Positions 36,591-48,235 of a DNA stretch of 48,235 bases are shown here, in pieces. The stretch's first letter is position 1; every line of letters starts with the position of its first letter. The notes under the pieces are model-generated. The model was not told the DNA's origin. It did no database searches and was given only the letters and a program-made list of their open reading frames with translations. The translations under genes were made by a program, and so were the position numbers. The DNA is from Paraglomus brasilianum (Eukaryota): assembly GCA_910592345.1 (NCBI GenBank), contig CAJVPI010000152.1, positions 1 to 48,235 on the forward strand. Reading direction: 5' to 3'.

Positions 36591-39500
36591 CTAGCGAGAC
36601 GACAAATGTGTCTCATCAGTTATCTCTTTCGTATCCATCGAGCCTGAAACAGATGCTGACTCATCTGCACTGTCAAAGTGACTGGTAGCCTTATGAGCAC
36701 GCACTAGAGTGATTCCGTAGTAAACGCGAGTAATAAAGTTGATTACAAGCATAACCGATGCGGAGACAAGAGATAACAGTGGGATTATGTCATATGTAAT
36801 GGTATTATTTTGATAAATGACCTATTGCGTTATAAAAAAAAATATTATTAACAAAGTGTGCCCATTCACATTTCAAATGTTATTCCAAGTTTTACTCACC
36901 TGAACAATGAACTGTGGCACATCCTCAAGAAAGAAGCTACCAGTGCTCGCCCAAAATATCATATGATGCGCTTGTTCACTGAAAGGCGCAGAGAAAAATG
37001 GCGATTTACACAGTTTGCTGCCTATCACGGTCAACACTTCAATATCTGCTGCAGCTATGACTGTGAAAATGGCAGCAACCTGCGAATATGATTGGGTCCA
37101 GATATGGAATTTATACGAACGTGTATTCTCAGAGATCATTATGTATAGAGCCATAGACATGCTGTAGACAATCGTAACTATAAGGATGAGGATGCTGAAA
37201 ATGACAAATATAATCAATATGCGAAGCAAAACAATACAATAAATAACGGAGATGAAATATATATATAGTTCCAACTCTATATACCTTGGAACGTATAATG
37301 ACGGTACGTCTTTTCCATTCGACACAATGAAAGCGACGTCAACAGCAAAGTCATACAGAACGAGTGTAAGAGTGAAAATCGCACTATTTTGGGCCTACGT
37401 TGAAAATAGAGTTAACATTCGCATAGCCATATGTATATACGTATATAATTGATATGAGCTATGTACTCACCTCTGGGTTAATACGACATGCCAAGAGATA
37501 AAGTAGTCCTATAAAAAATACTGTCGCCCCCGCAATGAGTATATTCAGTTTATACTCATCCCATAAATTAGCTACAGAAACCAGACATGTTAGTTCAAAA
37601 CTTTCGAAATATTACGTATTCCCAATCACGCCCTCCTCGTAACACTCACGTTTTACGTGGACACCATAATTTTCGTCCACGAGCACAGTCTCTGGTATAC
37701 GAGAAGCTGCCGTAATTGCCTTATTCCTAATAAGCACGTCCAAATCTTTAAGTACTGAATCCACGCCCATTTCTGAGCTACTGGTAGCCGAACTGACTTT
37801 AAGAGATAATAGCACCCGATCTTGACCGGTTTTAGAGTCGATTTGGAATTTCGTGGAAATAGATAGTCGGGCTGGAGAGGCTGGGACAATGGATGCAAGA
37901 GAGTTGCTGAGAGAGGAGAGGAAGTTAGAACGGTCAGCGTTGGAGAGTCCGAGAAAATGAGAACTGCCCCAAGAAGTTAGGCTAATGATTGCTGTAGCGC
38001 CGGGTGAATAGATATCCTGTGGTTGTACGGAAGCTGAGATCGATGATAATCAGTAATAATCCAAGAAATACTTTGTCAGAATCTCTGGTAATACTTACAT
38101 GTATGGAATGACCATTTCCCAGCATAAATCCCAAGAATCGACTCTTCAGTGTCCTTTGAGCTTACAAACCCATTCTCTAACACTACAAAGTAAGTCATGT
38201 TGGGTTGATTAAAAGTACTGTTTAGCACCTGCAGAGTCACTGTTTCATTTTTTGCATCTATTGTCCAGTATTGCAAATAGACTGGCGAGTATGTTTGACG
38301 GAGAAATTTGTTGATGCCATCAGTAGCGTATATAGTGACGTTTCCTGTGTTTGGTTTCACTTGCATGTTGTATGTGATGCTTACATCAGTCTTGCGAATC
38401 GGTATTTCCTCGCCAATGGTAGGCGATGTTGTTACAACGTTTGGATTCTGATAGTCAATGCCTAAATGTGATGCATCCAATGATATTAGTTATCTAATCT
38501 AGAATATATATATTTGTAGTCTATACATGTATTTTTTTACGTACCATAAGTTGTAAATTTGGGCAAGTAGTAAGATACGATTGACCAAGACTGTGGCGAA
38601 TCATTCATCCAATGCCAAGCGGTATTATTTCTTGCATAGACATTTACTATAAAGACTTGACTCACGAGTTTAATGGTTTTCGCGACTTTACCGCTTGGGT
38701 CTAGCATGATTACATTTTGAGCGACTCTACGTGTCGAATCAACTAAGTTAACTATCATGTAACCTCCGTAGAATAATGGACTTATCCTATCGGCGACGGC
38801 AACATCCTTGGGATCAAATCCCAGTGTAAAGCTGTCATAAGATGCTCCCGTTGAATAGAAATTCACTTGACGCAACGCCTGAGTTTGGCCCGTAGAGACT
38901 AGTAATACGCAAACATATCCGCTACCGTCATATGCTATATTACACGCGTTATTGCCGAGCTGAACGTCTGAGACACCTGCTGGGCTTGTCCATATATCGC
39001 TTGGCTTGGAGACTTTGTTAGTGTCTGGATGGAGGAACAAAACTTGTAAACTCCATTGAGAGGTGGTTGTAGTCTTTGTGTTCTGAACGTTAAGGTTCGT
39101 TACAACAAAGGCACAACCATATCCACCGTCGATTGTGCGAAAGATGTTGCTACCAAACGTTTGAGTTCCATCCCTGAGATTGGGGGCGAAGGTGCCATTA
39201 CCTAAAGCGTAGATTTTTCCATCTTCGGTTCTAAACCAATCATTTATTTTAGGTTAATACAAACTCGTTGTAACAACATGACAGTAACCATCCAGTTGAC
39301 TTACACTGTCGAATATCGTCTCCAAACTATCGACCTGTCTTCGCGTACAACCTTTGCAAACAAGAACCCAGCCTCAGGAATCATACTTCTGTAAAGACTA
39401 CCAGGAAAGCCATCGTCATAATTCAGCAACAACTTGATCTCGCCCACCGTCCCATTATACGAGATAGGGACTCCGTATTGTTGAAATTGAGCAACTCCTA

Positions 39501-39897
39501 CGTCTTCTAGGTACGTCAGATATACCCAACCCTCTATCAAACTGATCATTGATATTCTGCTCGTGCTAGTAAAATTGGAACAGTAATTATAACTGCTCAT
39601 GTTAAGTTGGGGCGTGGAGGCGATTACAGTATTATTAGGGAGGATAATTCGAAGATATATGTCCTTAGTAAAAGCACATTGAGGATCACCGGCTGCCTTT
39701 TGAAGACGAACTAATGTGGTCCCATCAATTTCAGCTGTGGCATCCGCCACCGTGAGCCCCTCAATAGATTCGTTGTATGTAAATTTGTTGTCATAGGATT
39801 GTGCGTATCCGTACGGTAGGATAAGGAGAATGACAAGTGTGATGAGGGGAAGAAGAGAAAAGAACGTGAAGGAGCGCCGCTCCTGTAGAGATTTCAT
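36591..39897 (-). CDS. Receptor-like multi-pass membrane protein: signal peptide, beta-rich ectodomain, Ig-like (Big_5/SbsA-type) domain, XK-like TM region; 8 exons, about 920 aa
   Basis: Exons 39897-39305, 39230-38545, 38461-38099, 38033-37650, 37571-37471, 37394-37285, 37194-36900 and 36821-36591 (all GT-AG) join in frame (2763 nt). Translation includes MKSLQERRSFTFFSLLPLITLVILLILPYGYA..YQNPNVVTTSP..GNVTIY..STFNQPNMTYFVVLENGFV..WSFHT..NLWDEYK, several TM helices, FFLEDVPQFIVQ..YDIIPLLSL..HLSSR*. Confidence 0.9.
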
Positions 39898-40552
39898 ATT
39901 GGCCAGGGCCCACGCTACAACTGAAGGGAATGAATGTATAACGATAAAACGATAATAAAACAACTATGCATTACACGCCATATTCCACATAGCCTATTTA
40001 TTGTAAGAAACCGATTCTCGGTCGTGATGAAAAATTCTAGACAAATCACGTTTACCTTATTGAGTATGTGTTGGTTTGACATTCTGACCAATAAGTGCCA
40101 ATTGTAGACGCACAGTTCGGTGTCAATTAAAAAATGTTACACCAATTTGCACTCTTATTAACTCTATAAGGAAATAGAAAAGATGATGATGAGAAAATCG
40201 GTAAATCTTTTTATTAATTAATATTAATTAATATCTGAAATACGGAGAGAATTTAACCAACCAACTTTAAGGACCAGACAATATCAGGGTAAACAAACGA
40301 ATTATAGCGAGAAAATATACCATTTTGGCTATTTCGGGCTTTATTCATTGTTTTTGGCTGTACTCCGTTACTTAAGTTTTGCATTTGTTGTATAATAATA
40401 ACTTTCAATTGAAAAATTGATTCTTTGTCAGGGCTGATTACTTCATCCTTGATTCGTCAGTAAATAGGCATAGTTTAATTGTAAAGCCGATTCTATGACA
40501 TAACCTGAAACTTGCAGTTACTAAGATGTCTTGGACTTGTAGAAAATTACAT

Positions 40553-40680
40553 AATATAGGCGACCTCCTATACAGTCACGTTTGCTTACAGTCACACTTT
40601 TAGTTCGGTCCCGGTTTTTTTCATCCTCCCTAGAGTCACATTCATAGTGATAGTTACAGTCACCCGATTTTTGATTCCCG
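40553..40680 (+). mobile_element. pogo-like element left end; related terminus at 41008-41035
   Basis: Four tacagtcac/tagagtcac subterminal repeats. TA-cagtcacccctccttagagtcac at 41008. No matching right end found. Confidence 0.45.
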
Positions 40681-42889
40681 TTACTAATGATACCATATGT
40701 ATTGTACAAATCGTATAAGCACCATTTATATTATACCTGTTACATCATATCTACGTAACGAGTAAACACTTTCAAGGACCACGATTTTTGTGAGATAATA
40801 ATAAAACCATCCAATAACCAATTTATTAATCTTTCCACAACGTCAATCGGGAAAAAGGCATTGATAGTAAACGCGAAATTTGTGAGCATGCGAAACAAAA
40901 TTCTACTTTAAACCATGCAGACATTTTATATTAACATGAATCGCTCAACTGTAACCAAAATTTTATCCAAAAAGAAACATGGCTTTCGACAAAACACATT
41001 CTCATTATACAGTCACCCCTCCTTAGAGTCACTGACTTTGGCTGGTCCTGACGTAGGGAGGTCAGGACGAATTGGACTAAACTTTTATTAACAAACGGTT
41101 TTGAGTACAAATTGAGATAATAAAGACAATAAGATACAACAATAAAATCATTGATAGTAGTGCATACATATTAAGATAGACAGAAGATTATATTAGATAT
41201 ACCAATACCAATGCACCAAGTGACCAAATCGATATTTATATCTGTGGAGCTAAGTGTTTTCCTTCTTAACAAATAGCTCTGACGCTTTATTATTTAATGC
41301 TCAATGTCGACTGTTTTCTCAAACAAAGACAATAATACTGCACCCCTACAAGAATTACTAAATAAATTAGAAAACTTAAAATAATATTTGAAATCTTAAA
41401 TCTTATGATTTCTTGGTGGATTTAAAACTTGCAGTCTATAGCCTTCGAAGCAATACTGTTTAATGATTATGAGTTCTAAAACTAAGATAACGAACTGCTC
41501 AATCGAAATTTAGTGCCTTCATTTTTATTTCATTTTGGTTCTTCGTGCAAACAGTTGTATTAATATCATTGACAGGAGAAGATACATCGTTACCTAAATA
41601 ATTTGACCAAACGTTACCTAAAGCCTACATAAAGCAATACGCATGAATAATAATGCATATATTGCAGAACAAATAGCCTACCGATTTAAACAGTCGCTCT
41701 CTATTGATGTAAAAGATCTTGTATTGGTTGCTCTTGGGACAGCAAACACTCTATGCAGTTGGAAAGTTCGTGTCACACCCTCGGCTATTACCCATTACAT
41801 CATCGGAAAAACAATATATTTCTATCGCTATTATCTCGATGACGATGAGAGTATCTCTCTCATTACTGGCACGCAGGAAAATAAAAAGAGCTTGGCATGA
41901 GTCAAGCGGCGCTGACTTGAATTGTCTGAAATTGGGGGATAAAGTCGAGGCAATTTTACTGAAAGCCCTTTTTATTATTAAAAAGCATTCATTAGTGGTT
42001 GGGGAAATTATGTAAAGACAGAACTTGTTTGGACATTATATTTCGAATATGAAGACATCTCTTAGATATCGAATATGAATTTTTAAGCAGTACGATAATG
42101 ATTGGCCCTTCGGAACGTCCAGACATGAGTCTTCAAACGATGGATAGTAATATCCTATAAGCAAGCTTTTGTTTTTTTAAAAGACAATATCCTTGATCAC
42201 CGTTTTAGTTCGCCACGCTTCAAAATTTATTAGACATTTATTAAACGTCATAAATTAGACCCTCCACGTATTTTAGAAAGTAATTAAATAGACTGTTCAC
42301 TTGTCTTTTAGTGGTCTGTTTGTCATCTAATAGTTCTTTGTTTATACGAATCACTTTCTTATGTACGGATATGACTATCGACACTACAGCAGTATAGTAT
42401 GTTGGGAGATGCATCGACTTTAAGTTAGTAGATAGTAAAGTGAACTTAATATTGAGATTATTAACTTGACTTGTTAGGTTACTGGTTTATTAATAAGCAA
42501 TAAGACGCCAAGGGAGAATACGCATTCAGTAATAATGTATTGTCAACCATTGTATTTCTACTTGAGATGTGTCTCATCTGAGAACTTTATTAAATTTTGA
42601 TGTAAGCCGACACATATTGCCAAAGGAACAATTATTATTTTCACAACCGAGGATCATGGAAGAGATTAGCCCTAAAGATGTTTATGCACAACAATATTCT
42701 CATGAGTACATACTCTCATAATCTTTATGCAAAAAGGTGTTTTAGAAACTAGGGTTTCTTGCTAAATGCCTCGATACAAGTTTCAGCTTCCAATTAATTA
42801 TCTCTTCGGGGGTCAACAGTGCGCGGTTTTTTCGCTTGGCTGAAATAAAAAAGAAGATAAAAAGAAAAGATATAAAATAACATCTGTTT

Positions 42890-43375
42890 ATCTAGCAACA
42901 GATTCTTTGAATCCGTCGAATGTTTGTTTAAGTAGTTCAGACCAGGATTCCTTGTTGAATTCTTTTAATTCTTTGAATCTTTGTTTAAGTAGTTCAGACT
43001 GGGATTCCTTCAATTCTTCGAACGTTCTTTCAATAATCGTATAGGCTGGGATTCCGTATCTGCTTTTAAATCATTTTAAGCAAGTATATACTGTCAATGT
43101 ACATATCGCGATAAGATTATCCTTTTACTAGTTTTTTGACTGCTCACTAATTACCTTGCTCTTCGCCATTGAGTTTTTTAACCAAATTGATGATATTTTT
43201 AGCAGGTCCAAGAGCAATTCCAATCCTCATAAGGTCATCTTGTGTCAAACCAAGAAAGCCTTGACCAGAGACCTTTTGCTCCGTGATCTTATCAACATCT
43301 TCATCATCAAGGTCTAGACCTTCCTTCATATATCGTCCAAGAATTTTGTAACGTTTTTTTGTTTCCAATTCTTGA
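42890..43375 (-). pseudogene. SAM-like domain protein, degenerate
   Basis: LDLDDEDVDKITEQKVSGQGFLGLTQDDLMRIGIALGPAKNIINLVKKL is a SAM pattern, followed by donor G|GTAATT. The next exon has a duplicated KESxSELLKQxF repeat and a frameshift. No ATG start found. Confidence 0.7.
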
Positions 43376-43499
43376 CCGATCTGGTATCTATTTCCCAGTG
43401 ATTATTATTTTATTCCATCTCACCATCTATCCCGAGATTTAGGTATACGTTACTTTATCGGAATAACAGCAGCCGCATTATTTTAGACCAAGCATCGCA

Positions 43500-43610
43500 C
43501 TTGCTTGCACCCCAACTCCATTTTCATAGCAATAAGCAAGATTATTCTGTGCAGTAGTATGTCCTTGTTTAGCTGCTTTTTGATATAATTCAACTGCCTT
43601 TTCTTCTGCA
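43500..43610 (-). pseudogene. Single Sel1-like repeat fragment
   Basis: EEKAVELYQKAAKQGHTTAQNNLAYCYENGVGV matches the Sel1 consensus. Confidence 0.8.
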
Positions 43611-44256
43611 CTTGGCATAGCAACTTCAGCGGTTTTAATGTCCTCCATGGAAACTATTGTTTTTGCCAAAGATAATGAGCAGCTCCTCTATAAACAATAT
43701 TTGCAATACAATAATTACCAGTAGACTGTTCTCTCAGAAAGGGAGTTTCCTCGAGCATTTTCCCTTTCTCAAATATCTTGTGGTTGAACGTGTTCTCCTT
43801 TCTTAGAACGCATCAGCATCTGGTGGCTGAACGTGTCAGTAGGTGCTGCAGTTGGTGGTTTATTTGGTCCCTTTTTTTTCGTTTTATTTTTTCCCATCGT
43901 TTAGGAAAGTGATATACTGTATAATGGAAAAAATAAATCCCGCATCTATTTATTTTTTCTTCTCAATGGTTGCTTGCGTAAATCGTGCACGTTATTGTGG
44001 TACAATTCTTACCCGCAGTGATTTACAGCCGCAGTACGTTCAGACAGCAAATTTTTTTAGAGAAGCTTTAGATCGTTTTTTGTTTAACGCTCTCCATTTT
44101 TATGTTATTCGTAACTGAACATTCAAACCAATGGAGAGTTTTTTTGAGGTTTAATTAAACATTACAAAGAAATAAGACTCAGAATAAGCAACGTTTTATA
44201 TTAATATATACTTGGACGTGTCACGTATCACGTGAAAATTGTGATCGACAATAAAA

Positions 44257-44400
44257 ATGTTACTCGAAAAAGAAATTGCGCAAAAAATAGTGCCAGATCT
44301 AATTTCTTTAAAGCAGATTCGTGGTTATGCACGAAAGTCTTTTCGATCTATGGATGCTTATAGAAAGGACTTGATTCCAAGCAAGCTGAATATGCAGTTA
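44257..44400 (+). mobile_element. C-terminal fragment of an IS630/Tc1-related fungal DDE transposase
   Basis: IVPDLISLKQIRGYARKSFRSMDAYRKDL resembles the IR.fARks.RyMDAYrkGL terminus of this family. Confidence 0.6.
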
Positions 44401-45124
44401 GAAAGTATAAGCGACATCGTGTTATTCCTTCTACCATTTTTGAACAGTTATAACAAATTTGTGATTTACTTTTTTTTGGCACATTTGATCACATGATTCA
44501 TATATAATCATAAATTTAACTCAAAATTGCCGTGACTAGGCGGTTCAAGCCAATAGTCTCCGTAATGTCTAGTCGTATGTTCGCGCGTTAAACTTCTGTG
44601 GGCCGTGTCTCCAAATATCAGTCTCAGAGTAACTGGTGGAGACTATATTCTCGATTGGTGTATCGGTTAGATAAATGGACTCTAGGTTATAAATTAACGC
44701 GTGGGTATTTTTGGTGGATTAATTAGACAGATTAATACTCTTGAAAGATTGGGCGAGAGTATTAAAATGCCACGTCCGATTAATGATCGTTGGTGTAAGC
44801 GAAGAGAGGGATGATTATTATTTACACTTGTTAATCGGGTGATTGACTCAAGAATTACTATTCTGTAACAACTGAATGAATGATGAATCATCAAGATTAT
44901 CGTCTTTATTATACCTGCACGTGCAATGATTTTTTGGTCCCGTAAATGCACGCACGTGATTAATATTTATATTGACCAATTATATTGTTACTATTCTCTT
45001 TGTTAGTTGATTGTTCATGTCGACGTTAACAAATCAAGTAAGTTTTAAAAAGTAATTATTTCAAATCGCTTTTTTGTATAATTCTAAAATCATTCTTTCT
45101 ATCAGAACAAGTCGAGAGTGGTAG

Positions 45125-45630
45125 GCTTATACAAGATGCGAAGATGGATATTTTTCAAGCAATTCAATTCGTAGTAGTAGTTAAAAGTTGGGAGGAAATT
45201 ACTGCAGAGAGTATTCGTAATTGTTGGAATCCTCCGAAGATTCTTCCTAACACTAATAGAATGGAGGTGGATCTTACAGATGATCCAACGGTTGATGACT
45301 TGAGTGATCAATAAGCTTCATCTTTCAGACCTGAAGAGAAATCGCAGGGACGTTTAAAGAAGATATTGATGAAGCGAACGCCGAAGAAATGGATGACGGT
45401 ACTGAGATTCCTATTGTAAGCACCAGTAGTGCATTGAAAATGTACGATGGTTTTTATTACAACAAGAAAACACAAGTGAGCAGATAAAACAGTTAAACAG
45501 TCTTGAAAGATTTGTTGGTGGAAGGAAAAGTAGATATTATCATATATAATATTATGGTGTTACACAAATTACTATTTTCCCTAAATGCACACCCCCAGCG
45601 TGCACTTAGTATTAGAGGGTTTTCTCTGTA
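45125..45630 (+). mobile_element. pogo/Tigger (CENP-B/DDE_1) transposase 3' remnant with right terminus
   Basis: DAKMDIFQAIQF..WEEITAESIRNCWN..ILP followed by an acidic tail. Ends ..tagagggttttctctg-TA at 45628-45630. Confidence 0.7.
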
Positions 45631-45711
45631 TACTAATTAATTTAGATAATTAATATTGTTTGCTGAAATTTAATCATGTGATTTTGACGAATATTTATTC
45701 GCTAAAATTTA

Positions 45712-46050
45712 AACGAATCCTCATTCAAAGCTATTAGTTGACGTTTCTGGGCTTCGAAAAGAGAATGCTTGGCTCATAGACAAAAATGCTGTATTCTTGG
45801 CTGAGAATACGAGTTAAAACAGCTATGGAAGACACGAGGCTAGATTCGCGAAACTAGAGCAGAACGTTAAAGAAAAACTGATCTTACTGTATAGCTAAAC
45901 TGGAGTACGACGTCTCACTAATCAAGGAAGAGAGCTTGCAAGACAAGAACGCTCCATACTATCAAGCTGTTGTAATGTTTTGCAGTCTTCAGTAAGTTTA
46001 CATGTACCTGAACCTGATTCTCCTGAAGTAAATTCTGACAATATCTCATT
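45712..46050 (+). pseudogene. Coiled-coil protein N-terminal fragment, frameshifted
   Basis: LRKENAWLIDKNAVFLAEN..HEARFAKLEQN..IAKLEYDVSLIKEESLQDKN heptad fragments across several frames. Confidence 0.5.
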
Positions 46051-47044
46051 TTTAAATGTTATCTTTCGCGTAGGTGTGTTCGCCGACCGGGGGTGTTACC
46101 AGGCCTAGCTCGTACTATCGCCCTTACTACGACAGTTGTGCAATTAAGACTGAATTAAGCCTACAAGTGACCTATTAATTAATTATGCGCGCTTTTCGCT
46201 CCCTATCCAAGTTTCAAACGCTCGTAAATATAAATAAGGGTACCTCTAATAGAATAACAACAACAACTATTCTATTAAAGAATCAAAGGGGAATACAATT
46301 AACAGGGCTATCTTCGATTTGTGTTTCGACTAGTCAGTTTCCGTCACTTGTCTTTACTAAACTAATTAAACAATAATAATAATCGTCTTTGATAATTAAT
46401 TATAAACTCTCGTTCCGTTATTCACGTAATTGATCCGCGGACAGCTTTCAAATCAATGTTATTTCGTTACAGCTTAAATGAGTCGGTTTATTGGAGTATC
46501 CGGTCTAACAATCAATTATTTCGACGATAAAAGAATAAAATATGTGTATTGGAAATGAAGGATTTTGGGAGTATACTACTAAGATCAATAGTGTTATCAA
46601 TTTATTTAAATAACAACTTCCGCATTCAACACTCGAACACGAAGATTTTGACGATGGAGGAAGAGCTACTTATATATCTTTTACGTCGCAAGAAAAACGA
46701 CATGTTTCCATAGATTATTGTGGCTATGAAGAACAATTAAATTTAGTGCTTGTGCTGTCACTTAATTTTTTGCTATGCCCTAATTTGGACACGGCGTTGT
46801 CACAAAATTTCCGACATGCTACTAAATTAATATCTGTAAAATCGTGAGTTTGCTTGACTGCTCGAAGGAAGATTTTATCATGTAACTTACTTATCATTGT
46901 TCTTACGAAAACAATCGCAGTAAAATATTTTTCACTGGCCGACAAGTCACGCGTATAAATTTAATTAAACCGATAGAAATTTTTTTTAGCACTTAACCAT
47001 GTTCACACCCACGATTATTGCAGCAGAAAATTTAGCCGAGAAAA

Positions 47045-47368
47045 TTGAAGGTTGGGTTTTTCACCACGCAAGTAAGCTTCTGTTCTTCTATGGTCACAAA
47101 AGAAACTCCAATATCTTCGTTTTCTCTTTCTAGCATACTGAGTTGTGACCCAAACTCTTGGGGATGCTTGAGTGATTGGGAGATTCAATTTATCGAGGAA
47201 ATTCCTGGATGCACTAGAAACGAAGCACATCGAAATCTGGGTATTGAACTTAGTATCCTTCTTAAGAACCCGCCAAAAAGTAGTCGCCAGGTGGCTAATA
47301 GCCCCATCCTCAACCTCAACTTCACAACAGTGAAAGCATTAAAGCAAGCAAACTCAAGCAAACAATAA
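47045..47368 (+). pseudogene. Uncharacterised coding fragment
   Basis: 107-aa ORF with protein-like composition (DPNSWGCLSDWEIQF..AHRNLGIELSILL). No family recognised and the start is uncertain. Confidence 0.3.
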
Positions 47369-48235
47369 CACTTTCAACAGCAACTGTTAAACAACTCTCT
47401 TAACCAAAAAACTTTCAATTGAACCCACCAAACAGACAATGCATAAAGTTTTAGAAGCAAAGTGTGCGAAGTGTGCGGATGGACTAGCTCGTCTCTGGCA
47501 AAGCCGTGTTCCTATATGAACAGACAGGGTTGATGACGTTACTCAATTTCACGTTCACAAATTGGTCAGAACAATGCGAGTTGTGTTGAACCAACAAATA
47601 GTCCTTCGCCTCAAAGATGGAATATGTGATCACAAAAACCTTGCAAGTTTCAGTGCTTTGGTCATCACACCGAAGTATCTTTGTTTTGGTTAACAATACA
47701 TCAGTCTTCATGAATACGGAACTTTCAAGATCCCTGCAATTTAGCAGGATTTCCCTGTTCTTTCTGAAGCAATCATAACATGTCTTAAATTTTTGTGAGT
47801 ATATAACAATGTTTTGTCCACTTATTCACTGCTCTTTACTTATACCAGTCTATGATCAGTCCTTCATGAAAGAAAATATCAAAGTGAGAAGTTCACGCGT
47901 TGAACAACAACAAAAGTTACTGACCAAGCAAAAGGTACATACAATCAATCGGCACTGAATCGACCTAAAAGGCAGAAGAATTCAAGATAAACATACTAAT
48001 ACAGTGTGTCAAAAAAAAACCGGAAAATTGTATACGTCACTAAACCGCGTCTAGCATGCTCAAGTTGGAACCAATTTGCGATAAGTTTAATTCAAAATAA
48101 ACACAAAGATCTAGGGATCAATTTAACATCTCTTTTTTTATTGCATCCATACATAACTTTTTTGATACATTATTACACAATGTCTGCTACCAAGAAAGAA
48201 TTACAACGTAAAACTTTATTATATTTGTGGAACGA

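Noticed and set aside
41046..41081. 8-bp hairpin gtcctgac/gtcaggac followed by CTAA, resembling a Helitron 3' end
   Set aside because: It is not followed by T, no 5' TC end or Rep/helicase remnant was found, and it sits inside a pogo-like terminus.
41643..42015. Two overlapping plus-strand ORFs (85 and 98 aa)
   Set aside because: No recognisable motifs; possibly decayed coding DNA, but unsupported.
44528..44650. tRNA-like or structured RNA (ggcggttcaagcc; atagtctcc/ggagactat inverted repeat)
   Set aside because: No cloverleaf, acceptor stem or correctly placed T-loop could be folded.
46094..46259. Possible solo LTR (GGGGG-TGTTA...TATAAATA...TAACA)
   Set aside because: No target-site duplication at any candidate end, no second copy, and no gag/pol remnant.

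Overview
AT-rich eukaryotic nuclear DNA with short (mostly 65-215 nt) spliceosomal introns. The gene families present (Crinkler-type nuclease, SAM, Sel1, tyrosine-kinase-like, LRR, Zn-ribbon nuclease, Ig-like multi-pass membrane protein) point to an early-diverging fungus, most likely an arbuscular mycorrhizal fungus (Glomeromycotina); that taxon call is inference. Five apparently intact genes were reconstructed by hand. (1) A 10-exon peroxisomal Delta3,Delta2-enoyl-CoA isomerase ending in SKL (5074-6589, -). (2) A 3-exon Rtg3/MiT-TFE-like bHLH-ZIP factor (8107-9488, -). (3) A stand-alone WGR-domain protein (28714-29109, +). (4) An intronless 749-aa disordered protein with histone-H3-like RKST motifs (31667-33916, -). 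(5) An 8-exon, about 920-aa receptor-like protein with an Ig-like ectodomain and an XK-like E-x-x-P-Q membrane domain (36591-39897, -). The rest is largely decayed DNA transposons (five Tc1 remnants, pogo/Tigger MITEs and remnants, one Sola-like transposase), pseudogenised family members and unexplained degenerate repeat arrays. No rRNA, tRNA or CRISPR array was found. All family calls come from motif recognition; no database search was run. No complete novel multi-gene system could be demonstrated; the best leads are listed as findings.
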